Below, in pieces: positions 1-11,363 of a stretch of DNA of 64,000 nt. Source of the DNA: Octopus bimaculoides (lineage: Eukaryota); the NCBI RefSeq assembly GCF_001194135.2, contig NC_068982.1, positions 84,024,037 through 84,088,036 on the forward strand, in the 5' to 3' direction. Under the pieces are notes generated by a model, which worked only from the letters and a program-made list of their open reading frames with translations, was not told where the DNA came from and did no database searches. Numbering within the stretch: position 1 is the first letter of the stretch; each line of letters begins with the position of its first letter. A program made the translations under genes and the position numbers.

Positions 1-2670
1 AGGTAGGAGCATTCTGAAGTTTGCCCAGACTATTCCTAGTCTAGCATCTACCTCTGCCACTGACTTGGTCACCTAGGTAACGAAAGCTATCACCTACTTC
101 TAGTTTTTCTCCCTAGCATGTGATGGAATCTGTTTTCTGTACATCTTTGGTGTCTATTGCCCCTGTGCATCTGTTACACACAAAATGTGTCTTCCTGGTT
201 AACCTTCCTTAGATATTGCTGCCCCTCTTATGTGTCCATAGCTTACAACAGGTACATCTTATGGAGTTTCTACCTACACCTTTCTACAGATTGAGCAGGG
301 CCATCTACCTGAAGGGATTTGTGATTTGTCTGCCTTCCTACTTATTAAGTAGTTTTTGCTAGATTGACTGTAAGGCCCTTCGATTACAGACCTTGCTTCA
401 ACACCCTAAACTTCTCTATCTCTAGTAGTGACTCAGCAATTACAGCCAGGTCATCAGCATAGAGGAGCTCCCAGGGGACATCCTGTCTTGAATTCCTCTG
501 TTATTGTCTGGAGAACTATGATGAATAAGAGGGGACTGAGGACTGATCCTTGGTGAACCCCTTCTATCCAGAATTCTTCACTATGCTCATTGCCAACCCT
601 CACCTTACTGACAGTATCCCTGTACATGGCTTGTACAGCTCTCACTAACTATTCATCTATCCCTAGTTTCCACATTGACCACTAGATAAGTGATTGGAGG
701 ACCCTGTTAAAGGCTTTCTCCATGTCAATGAAAGTCAAGTACAGAGGTTTATCTTTGGCTAGGAATTTCTCCTGCAGGTGTCTTACCAGAAATACAGCAT
801 CAGTGACACTTTTCCCTGGCACAACTCCAAACTGCATCTCATCTAAACTAACTCTCTCCCTAATTAGTTGGGCTATCACCCTCTCCGTGACTTTCATCAC
901 CTGATCCAACAATTTGATACCTCTGTAATTATTTATATCTAATGCATCACCTTTACCTTTGTAGCAGTTGACTATCATGCTACTACACTAGTCATTGGAT
1001 ATGACTCCTTCATGTATCACCTGGTTGACTACATGGGTGACTAGACTATAGCCTACACTGCCAGATATTTTAAGCATCTCAGCAGTGATTCCTGTTGGGC
1101 CAGAGTCTTTCCCTGTCTCCATACCTTTAATTGCTTTATCTACCAAGGTACTGTCAATTTGAATAGCTGTTCCCTCTGTTGGGTCGACATTCAGCAGACT
1201 CTGTTTCTCCCATTCATTCTCCTCGTTTAGCAACATTTCATAGTGGTGTCTCCAAGTCTCTGTTTGCAGCATCATTAAATGTAGGTGAGCCATCATCCAT
1301 GCGAACACATTTCCCTCCTACGACATCACGATTCTCTCACACACACTGTCTTGCAATATGAAACATTTCAAGTCTCTATTCTTCACGATGCAGAACATTG
1401 GCAATTTTTTTCTTATCTGCTTCCCCTCTGGCTAAGTAAACCTGTCTCCTAGCTTCCCTTCTGGCAGTCTGATGCAGTTCTGTGCTACCAGCACACTTCC
1501 AGTCCTTCCATGCCTATTTCTTTTCCTTAATGGCCCTGTCATCTACATTGTTCCACAACCACGTTACCTTAGGTCAAGAGGGAACTTTGCGCCAGCAATA
1601 GATCTGGTTAGTAGCCCTCAACAGGTTGTCCTGTAGGAACCTCCAGTTGTCCTCCACATTATGTGATGCTATATCCTCCTCTTTTTTGTCAAAAGCTTCA
1701 AGTAATATATCTCTAAATCTCTGTCCATTCAATGGATCCTTAAGCTTCCAGACCCTTCTTTTTCATGCTGGTTGTCTTCTGGGCATCCATTTAGCTCTGA
1801 TCCCGAAGTCACTAACTACTAAGCTATGTTGTAGTGTGCATTCTTCACCTGGGAAGGTTTAGGCATTTATAAGTAGCCATCTTTCCTGTTTCCTGGCGAG
1901 GATGTAGTCAATCTGACTTGTGTGCCCACCAGACTGGTAAGTGAACAGGTGACGGGCAGGTTTCCTGAAGTTAGTATTACAAACCATAAGATCATTTGCA
2001 TCACAGAACTCCAGGAGCCTGGTTCCCTGCTCATTGTGGGAACCAAATCCATTGCCACCATGTACACCATGGAAGCTCTTTGGATATTGTCCAACATGCC
2101 CGTTGAAACCGCCAGCCACAGAGAGGTCTCTGTCATTTGTTGATGAAGTAGTCTGCAAGAGGGTGTCATAAAATCGATCTTTCTGTTCATCGGGTAGCCC
2201 TGGCTGAGGGGCCTAGGCCGAGATAATGGTTACTAATCCATGTTGCAGCACTAGTCTAAGCTTAAGTATTCTATCACAGACTCTCATTTCCTCAATTTAC
2301 CTTATTAACCCATTTCTCCACAAGGAGTATACCCACGCCTGCAACCCCATCAGTGTTCCCTACCCAGAAAATTTCATACCTATGTTCTTTGCCTGTGAGA
2401 AACCTAGCAGAACTTCATCTCCACCTTATTTCTTGACTTCTTGGATGCAGCACCAATCGACACATCTCCATTCAAGCCTCTCAACAATCTCACCAGACCT
2501 ACCTTTCAATGTGCCATCATTAAGTGTGCCAGCTCTGAGGGTATGGAAGTTGTGGGCTGGCAAGACCCTGGGATCGGGAACAGCAGCATTATGCATATGA
2601 AAAAAAAGCTTGCATTTGACAGATTTCATAAACATACAAATAGCCTTCAACACCATCATTTTATTCACTT
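1..2670 (-). mobile_element. RTE-clade LINE, degraded copy 1 (AP endonuclease + RT), runs off the window start
   Basis: Minus-strand ORF fragments: TLNDGTLKGRSGEIVERLEWRCVDWCCIQEV (APE), GGFNGHVG...LDYIL, NYRGIKLLDQVMKVTERVI, QGSVLSPLLF; LYADD read at 450-461; many stops and frameshifts. Confidence 0.93.
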
Positions 2671-5600
2671 CATAATCACTATATTCAACAGTAGATAGAC
2701 ACTAGGTAGGGATGGAGGGGGAAAGGAGGTTGGAAGGTGCTCCATATAGTAAGCTATTTGAGGTGCTCAGGAGAAAGACATTCAGTAGAGGTCAGAGGAT
2801 AAAGACTTCCAGTATAGGTGGCAGGAGTGAGATGGGAGGGTACAAAGCAAATGGCAAAGGACTGTGGCAGCCTTCTTCCCTAGCAAAAGCTGATGTGGCA
2901 TAGCCACAGACAAAGCGAGTTACTGATTAACAATCAACATGGGAAAAGTAAGTGGTTAACAAAACAGAGAGAGGTGGAGAGTGATGACATTTTCCAGAAT
3001 TAGGGCTGGTCGAGGAAACAGTGGGTCATTTGGATAAGATAGCAAAACATAAAGAGATGGAATTTTTGAGATTTAGAGCGAGAGTAAACAGAACTGAACA
3101 ATTGGATTTCTTAACTTTGCTATAACATATCGCTAAATGAATAACAATAATAATCATAGAGAACACTATAGAGTAAAACAGAACATTTGCCTTCTTAAAT
3201 TAACTATAGCTATAACTATAACATACAGTATGGAGTAAGTCAAACTTTGTGACAAAAATAGATAAATAAATGAATGAATAACAATAATGATGATTATAAT
3301 GAGCATTAAAGTGAGAGAGAATTGAATTGAACATAGGATTTCTTAAGTTTACTATAACATATGGCATGAAATAAATGATACTGTGTGGGTACATAGATAA
3401 ATTAAATTAACAAATAATAATAGTAATTATAATTTGCACTAGCCTTTAGTCCATCTAGCTAGGAATAAGTGCTGTGTAGAAGTGCAATAGTATATCTCTG
3501 TATAACTAATATTTTGTTATCTTGAACTGAATTCTTCTCATAAATATAGCTTGAGAATGCACCGGTCAATTGAGTTAATCATGCACTGATGAATGCATCT
3601 GATTGTGAATGTAAATCAGTTGACTTTTTTTTTATAATACTGTGAAATAGGTGAAATAAATATCAGAGATGCTTTGCCCCACACAGAAACTGCAGGAGCT
3701 CTTCTAAATCCATTGCAATGCTGAAAACCCTACCATATCATTATTATTGATTGATTCATAAAATTTGATTTAAATAGTCTTTCAACCCAATGAAGACAAT
3801 AATACTGACGTATGGATGGACAATACTGTAAAGCATTTAGTAGCACTCTATCATTATTGCTAACTTCATTTGCAGTAATACTGAAGGGTTTGAGTGTGCT
3901 GGTAAGTAGGGGAGAGAAAGAGAAAAAAGGAGAGAGAGAGAGAAGATGAGAAAAACTTTGTTTCTTTTTTGTCATTTTTGTGCTATATATTAGAAGAGAA
4001 AGAATTCTGTATGTTTCTAGAGAGGAAGTATTGAGAAGTGTTTATTGAATCTAGAGAGGGATGATTGGAAAAGTTGAGTTGGAGAGAGAGAGAGTGTGTG
4101 TAATTAGAATTGTGAGGCCTAGCAGTTGTGATTTTGACTGTCTCACTTGTGTGCAGTTCAAGCATAATGTTGCATGATTGTTTACTTTGTGCCGGTGAAG
4201 AAACCCAAATTATGTTCTATTTGGGACAAGATCTCTGCTCAAGTATGTATGGCATGAAGTGTCTATGCTGCATGTGGATAATACCTATATAAAAAATGTA
4301 AAAGAAGAGTGTGATTTGCAAAGGAGTGTGGGTTAAAGGTGGGGGCTATAATTAATACACATTGCATTGAAGCAGACTGATAAGAAACTTTTGTTTTATT
4401 GCCTCTGCTGCTGGGCGGTTGTGGCGAAGCTTTGAGAAGGCACCAGATCATAGTGTAGAGTCTTCACATAGGTAACTTAGCTAGGAGGTACTCATGGTTG
4501 ATGATGATTGTTTACCTCTGTGAATGGTAATTGGGTGAGAGTTGGATGTGAAATTTGAAATAAGGGTAATTAGGTGAGAGTTAATAGAATCAGAGAACTC
4601 GACCTTGTTACAGATGAGATACAGTCACACATTTCTGCAAAATGGAATAAATAGATGGTTGTAAAATTCTAACAGACACTGTTTGATAGTAATGGAAGGG
4701 ACACCATCAAAACTGGCTTCATCTACAGGTATGCTACTTTACAGAGTTAACTTGTAAATCAGCTTGCATCATCAATACACAAAGCACCCTGTTTTCCTGA
4801 TAGGTATTCTGTAAGCATTGTGGAAGTGACTAAAATTCTCATTGGTGATGCTGAATGATTTTCTGCAGGTCTCTTTTTTTTTTTTTGCCCAAATTTTTGT
4901 GCATGAACAACCTTGGAAGTTAGGATTATGTCCTTTAATTGTGTGAGGTGTATAGAGGGACATACCTAGAGGATGGTTTCAGCCACCTACTGTGCTACTT
5001 TTGATACATCTTAACTCAAGTGCATTTGTTGCCATTGTTAATCAGCATAGAACTAATGATATTCAATCAGTTGCAGAGAGTTCAATAGGAAGGGATTATG
5101 TTTTCAGTGGATTAGGCATCCACCTCTTTTTCCAGGATATCCTGTGGAATTATGGTTTCTGTTAAGTGAAATCTACAGCAGACTGTCCTCTGTTTCACTC
5201 ACTTGTGGGCTTCTCACTCTCAATATATTTAGTGAAAATAAATACCTGTTATCAGCAAAGCTTTCTACTGTGTTTGATATGCAAATCTCCTAGTTAGACT
5301 ATTTGCCTATGTGATTCATCTATCTGTTGTCTTTTGGGTCAGAAATTTCTGTACAATTACATCATAGTACTTTGACCCACATTTTGTCACCTTTGAAGTG
5401 CTTCCAGGTTTGGTACGGCCCCTAACATTCATCCCCCTATACATCAATAATCTACTTTCCTAAATTTCTGCACCTATAAAAGAAACAATTCAGTACACCA
5501 CTCACTCATAAACATGAATATGTGACTAGAATCCTAAGGCTGCTACAGTATCACTTCAGAGCCAGAAAATACTTCAGCTCCCCAAACTAAGTAACTATTT

Positions 5601-5911
5601 ACAAAATACATATGAAACCCACGTTTAAATACTGCAAAAAATGTCACCAGACAGATTGGTATGAAGTCACTTGCCAACTTACTCTCACTGATGTACTGTA
5701 GAAATTCTGCATTTCAATCATAAATTACCAACATTTTAAACTCCATAATTGGAGCATCAACCTTATATATTCTTGCTTATTTTAACCTAGAGAGATTGTA
5801 TCTAACAGGTTAGGGCAATACCTGTCTTCTTCCAAAATAATAATTAACAGCAAAAAGCTTGTGGAGTTTCAGTGCTGACATCTAAAATGTATTTCTTTTT
5901 TCTTTTTGCAG

Positions 5912-6085
5912 AAACCAAAATATTATCTTAAAAAAGGAATTGAATTCAGCTCTTTAGAAGAGCTTATTTATCATTATTTTTATCATAGTATATCAAATGA
6001 ATATGAGTCAAAGCTGTTGATACCTTATACATACGTACAAAACTGGGAAGCTGTTCTTGAAAAATGTATGCAAGAAGAAAAATAA
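5912..6085 (+). CDS. Terminal coding exon of an SH2-domain protein (C-terminal part of the SH2 fold)
   Basis: Polypyrimidine tract + AG acceptor (ttctttttgcag, AG at 5910-5911), then KPKYYLKKGIEFSSLEELIYHYFYHSISNEYESKLLIPYTYVQNWEAVLEKCMQEEK-stop (TAA 6083-6085). The pattern Y-x-L...F-x-S-L-x-E-L-I-x-H-Y...L-x-x-P matches the SH2 betaF/alphaB/betaG consensus. Confidence 0.8.
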   Translation, partial: KPKYYLKKGIEFSSLEELIYHYFYHSISNEYESKLLIPYTYVQNWEAVLEKCMQEEK

Positions 6086-6212
6086 CCAAATCAGAGATGT
6101 TTCACAGTGTTCATGTCTATAAACATTTTTATCATATCCTCAGTATTGACTTATCTAATCAGGTATCACACTTTACTTAATACTAAAATATCTGAAATAC
6201 TTTTTAAATAGA

Positions 6213-6218
6213 AATAAA
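6213..6218 (+). promoter_or_regulatory. Candidate polyadenylation signal of the SH2 gene
   Basis: AATAAA about 130 nt after the stop codon; AT-rich context makes chance occurrence likely. Confidence 0.3.
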
Positions 6219-6879
6219 TGAAACAGTAATAAATGAATACATCAAAAAGTTTAAATAATTAGTATATTTATGGTATTCCTTAAAGAAAAAAAACTATGGA
6301 ACTAACTATTGCTTACTTTTGGGGTTTATTGATGATTAATGTCTTACTGGCTTAATTACTAGTAAGCACATCTACACTGGAAAATTAATACAGTTCTAAC
6401 AAAAGTTCATCATATTAGAAAAGCTCTGGACTTATTTAAGAAAATAAAAATGGATGGTCTATGAAATTACATTAACATATGGAAAGCTATTTAAAGTATC
6501 TAGTACCTTACATATTCATAACAAGTTAGCCAAATCAATGACACGGAATAAAATAAACAAATATTGAACATTGGCATATGAGATAACTTATTCAGTTATG
6601 TAAATTGTTGTGAAAAGCAACAGAAACATTTATTGACTTAGGTGTGGATGATAATGATATAGATTCAAGGAAATTCTACTATATAGGTTAAACTTCTCAA
6701 AATGCCAGCAAGTTTTAATAAAATTTAATCAATTACTATTTTAAAAACTACATTTTTCAATGAAAATTATTTTTTCTTGACTTTCCATGATTATAAATTT
6801 TTTTCAGGTAATTCACTGTTCCAAAAGGAACTTTTAAAATTCCTGTAGGCATCTTTTTACATTCACTTTTCCCTACTGG

Positions 6880-7100
6880 TGTATCACTATTTGTTGTAGT
6901 CTTCTGTCAGGCCTGAGATCAGATCTCATCACTTCTTCTCATATCTCTCTATTCTTGCACTTTTCACCCATTTTGCATATGCAGTCATCTCTCTTGTATG
7001 CATATCCATTGCTTTCCAGCTTTTGCATAACTCCAACATTCAACCCCCATGTCTTGCTACTATGTAATATTACACACCATATACAAGCCCTTTACTTGGA
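6880..7100 (-). mobile_element. Old RTE LINE 3' RT fragment
   Basis: Minus translation ACIWCVILHSSKTWGLNVGVMQKLESN resembles MLHGSETWAVTAEDMCRLERN in the RTE copies of this window. Confidence 0.55.
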
Positions 7101-7654
7101 GAGGTCAACTTGGTAACAGAGGCTATCAATTATTTTTAGCAAGGTTTTTGGGGAATTGAAAGATTTCAGTTCTTGGGTTTGCTTGCTTCTGAACATCTAT
7201 TATATATGAAATCCTTTTTCGACCCATTATTGATATAGAATTGGTACCTGTTGACTTTCTGCATACTGGGCATTGCTACTTCCCCGGTGATTGTAGTGTT
7301 CTGTCTTATTTTCTAAGACTTTCATTAACTTTTATGTGTCTTGATTTTAAACACTGCATCTATGTTTGGAACTTTTCCTGTAATTCTTTGACTTATATGA
7401 CTAAGAGAATTAAATCACTGAAATAAAGGAGATGCCAACAACAGACTTGAACCTTTGTGTTATAGTCTGGGTAACTATAATAAATGGAAAGAGATTGAGA
7501 GCTAAGCTCTGGTTGATATCTGGTTGCACACTAAATTGATCACTGATCTTATTACCAATGCTTTGTTGACAGTACCCCTATATATGGCTTACATGCCTCT
7601 CACAAACTATTCATCAACCTCAAGATTTCTTAGTGACCACCAGCCTATCTTTTT

Positions 7655-7995
7655 ATCTTATACTTATTTCAGTCAATGAACTTGCCTGTGCTGGGACACC
7701 TTGAAGTGTTTTTAGTCAAACACATTGACCCCCATTTTAAAATCTGAGTCTTATGCTATCAGTGTCTTTGCCAAACCTCTAAGTTATGGGGATATAAACA
7801 AACCAACACTGGTTGTCAAGCAATGGTTGGGGACAAACACACACACACATTTACAATGAACATCTGTCTAGCAAATTCACTAACAAAGTATTGGTCAGCT
7901 GGGGGAGACACTTACCCAGGGTACCATGCAGTGAGACTGAATCAAAAATTACGTGGTTGCAAAGCAAGCTCCTTAACCACACAGCCCTGCCTGTA
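7655..7995 (-). mobile_element. tRNA-type SINE family A, diverged
   Basis: Reverse complement of the GGCTGTGTGGT(T)AAG...CACTGC(A/G)TGG head and body seen at 24803 and 27314. Confidence 0.75.
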
Positions 7996-9749
7996 CCTAT
8001 GGCAAATATAAACAGAGGAAAACAATAATACAGCTGCTTAAAATTACGGGATCTTAAAACAGAATCAATTAGTAAAAGACTTAAAAAAAGCTATTCAGAA
8101 CAGTGGCACATCATCACTAACAAACACATATTCCAGCGTCTGGCCCACAGGAGAACCATTTCTTTTGTAGCTACTATAATGGCTTCTGCTCCTTAAAGCT
8201 GGTTGGTTTCCCACTTATCTCTCCACCTCTCATCACCCTTTCCCTACACTAACCACTATACCACTATACCCAATCCGTTATTCCCAGAACACAGGTCTTC
8301 TGGAATTTCCTACCCATTCATATCTTTCCTATATCAGTTTAAACAGCATTAACAGCATCGAGCTCACTGGTACTGAAGGGCCTGCCACTCTGCAAGTAAA
8401 AGGAAAATGAGAGTCCAAATTGCTGGATTTTTCAATTCCCATGGTAGATAACCTAAAAGTAATTATTTTTTCTGCAAACTTTTAAATAAAAAATATTCAT
8501 GTTGTTTCCAGTATTTCTCAGCTCATACAACTCATTTTTCCTGAAAACAGCACTAAAAGGTCAGGCTGTAAAGTGGCATTTGGCAACCAGGGTCAGTCCT
8601 CACTCGACCACCAGTTTTATAATATAAACTTTTGTTACAATTGACATATAACTATATTCCAGTACTCTGATTACCATATTTATTAGTTTTGTTATGTATT
8701 GATGGATATTAGTAAGCAATTTACATGTGGTTACTGTCACTTGCAAGAGAATGCCATATTGATGCCTCACATGCTCTTCGCAGACATGTAGATGCTTCTG
8801 CTAACTGTCAATTTAGTTCTTCAGCAGAGACTCTACAATACTACACAATGGTAACTGATCAGAAAAGACATAAACTGCATGTTGACTATTTCAAATAACT
8901 CAGCAGCTAGATAAATGAGTGATAGTATAGACCACCACCAACTGTAGAAATGATATGTGAATGAAGAAAATAGGAAAAGTTGTTTTAAAAGAAAACAAGA
9001 AGAAGAAACAAAGGATTTTGTTACAAAGAAATACATCTATGGATACACAATCAATGCAGTATGGGGAATACAGTTTCAACAAAGATGATAATGTGCAAGA
9101 TGACAAAAATTACTTAAATCCAACAAGACTTATTTGAATTGTTGTGAACTCTAGTAGTTAGTATGAAGGATTAGCTAGTGTGAATTTTAAGTCGTAACTC
9201 TCTACGACAAAATGATTTTACTTTACAATTGTACTGTAAATGTTAAATGTACATAAATAAATTAATTTAGTAATTATCTTCTCTTTCTTCACGTTCTTCA
9301 ATTTGTTAATGAAATTTATTTCTGCAATTATGAAACAGTGTATTTTTTTTTTATAGCGGTTAGTGTTTCAGAGTATATATTTCTTGCTATAGCGTTTATG
9401 TAGCTAGAGTCAGGATTTATGTATAATGATAACACTTATAAGTTATAAGTGATGTGTTTATCAATATAGATTCCTACTTCAAAAGTAAAATATATTTATT
9501 ATCTTTTTCCAAATAGGAAACATAAAAAATAAGATAGAAAAACCATTACATAAGTAGTGGTACACAAACACTCTCCAAACCGTCTATAAAAAGTGGTGAC
9601 CCCTCTGTGATCAAATAGATAAACTGCCACATCATAAAAGTATTGACACTTGTGAAAAATATATAAAATTTTCAATTGAAAATAGATGACAGTTTCGTTA
9701 CACAACATTTTATTAACAAGTTGAAGAACGCTGAAGAAATAAACAATAA

Positions 9750-10620
9750 TAGATTTCAACTGCCTTTATCTTTAATTGACAAAACTTTAAAAGGTCCACT
9801 ATAGTTATAATTCAGTGAATGATGACTGACATCATTACGTACAAATACATGAATCCAAGAATTAATATCAGAAGGAACAAAACTTTTAATATTTTGTAAT
9901 TTACTTGTAAAAGAAGGAACATCAGAAAGAAATCTCTTGAGTCGGGTTACATAATTGTTAATATCTCCATTGAAAGAATTGGTTTCTTCAAACATTTGAC
10001 CAAGTAGAGTTAATGTTCCATACAAAAGTTCACTGGTAAAACTTCTAACCAATTGCTAGAATCAGAATAAGTTCTTAAGGAAGATTTCAACTGCCTATGA
10101 AACCTTTCTATCATGCCGTTAGATTGTGCTTGATGTGAAGTTGTACGAATTCTATGAATTCCCAACAATTTGTTGAATTCTGTGAAAAGTGTAGACTCAA
10201 ATTGTCTTCCACAATCTGTCGTCAATGTGTTGGGTATGCTGAATCTAATCTAGACATCCAACTGGTAAATAAAGTTCTTGCTATAGTTACTGCAGATATG
10301 TCTTTGATTGGATAAGCTTCTGGCCATTGCGAAAAAGATCTATGCATGTTAACAAATAAATAATACCTTCCACAGGAGGCAATGGTCCAACTATGTCAAT
10401 ATGAATGTGTTGGAATCTGGCATCAGGATTTGCAAAAGTACCTAATGGTGCTTTAATGTGATGATTTACTTTTGCTTTTTGGCACTGCTTATACAATTGA
10501 ACCCAAGAACAAATATCCTTATTCATACCAGGCCAAACAAAATCGAATTTTAATGAAGCTCCAATACCAGGATGAAATAATTTATGTAAAGTAGAAAAAA
10601 AAACTTTCTCAGTTTGCTTG
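9750..10620 (-). mobile_element. Gypsy-type LTR retrotransposon integrase remnant
   Basis: FVWPGMNKDICSWV..CQKAKV (HHCC end), FQHIHIDIVGPLP, TTDCGRQFES, QSNGMIERFHRQLKSSL (DDE core), GPFKVL; broken by stops and frameshifts. Confidence 0.9.
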
Positions 10621-11065
10621 AATATATTCCTCATGAACTTTTATATTCCTAGAATTTTTTGTTTATAAAAAAAAAGTTTTGTAATTTTTTTCCAGAGAAA
10701 TTAGATTGAACAATTTAATAAACTTTACAAGAAGGCTGTTGTTATTGTAAAACCGTGATGAGCAGTTATTTTCATTTCTTTAACATTGTAAATTTGTGGA
10801 TTCTTTGTAAATTTATATATTTGGCTTGCTAAAAGTATTAATTCAAACATTGTATTGAAATACATATGTATTATGATTATTCTTTTTTCGCAAAATTGAC
10901 AATTTTTCTGATGAAGGGCTTATGTAGCAAGTCATAAAAGGCGGCAATATGACGTAATGGGTAGGGAGAGGGGGTGCTGAGTGGTCTAGTATGTAAGAAG
11001 CCATGTGTAACTGGCACCAGCTGCACCACCCAGCTTAATATGATGGATAATGAAAGCAGTAACTC

Positions 11066-11150
11066 CAATAATAGCAATAATAATAATAATAATATTAACA
11101 ACTATAGCAAGAATAACAAAAACAACAACAATAATAACCATCATCATAAT
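11066..11150. repeat. (AAT/AAC)n low-complexity microsatellite
   Basis: aataatagcaataataataat...aacaacaacaataataaccatcatcat. Confidence 0.85.
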
Positions 11151-11290
11151 TTCTACATCTGTTTTCCATGCTAACATGGGATGGGTTGTTTGATCAGAGC
11201 TGTACCAGGTTCCAGCTTGATTTGGCTTGATGCCCTTCCTAATGCCAACCACTTTACAGAGTGTTGGGTGCATTTTATGTGCTCTGGCAC
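11150..11290 (-). mobile_element. RTE 3'-tail-related short repeat (family D)
   Basis: ttttccatgctaacatggg...gatgcccttcctaatgccaaccac matches the 3' UTR of the LINE at 11364. Confidence 0.7.
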
Positions 11291-11363
11291 AGGAGAGTAA
11301 TAGTAGTCATAATAATAGAACTAGTAATAATAGCCTTACAGATAACCCGTGTAACAAATTAAT

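Noticed and set aside
3586-3630. CTGATGA followed by a ctgatt/aatcag hairpin as a hammerhead
   Set aside because: No GAAA core after the stem
3730-3975. 81-aa minus ORF (NDRVLLNALQYCPSIRQYYC)
   Set aside because: Starts in a (GA)n tract; I cannot assign a family
8339-8389. Strong minus-strand acceptor followed by SGRPFSTSELDAVNAV-stop
   Set aside because: No recognisable homology and no partner exon; such acceptors occur by chance
8833-9036. Hydrophobic minus-strand ORF with an internal AG acceptor
   Set aside because: Low-complexity T-rich origin; no known motif
10974-11174. Asn-rich ORF
   Set aside because: Translation of an (AAT/AAC)n microsatellite
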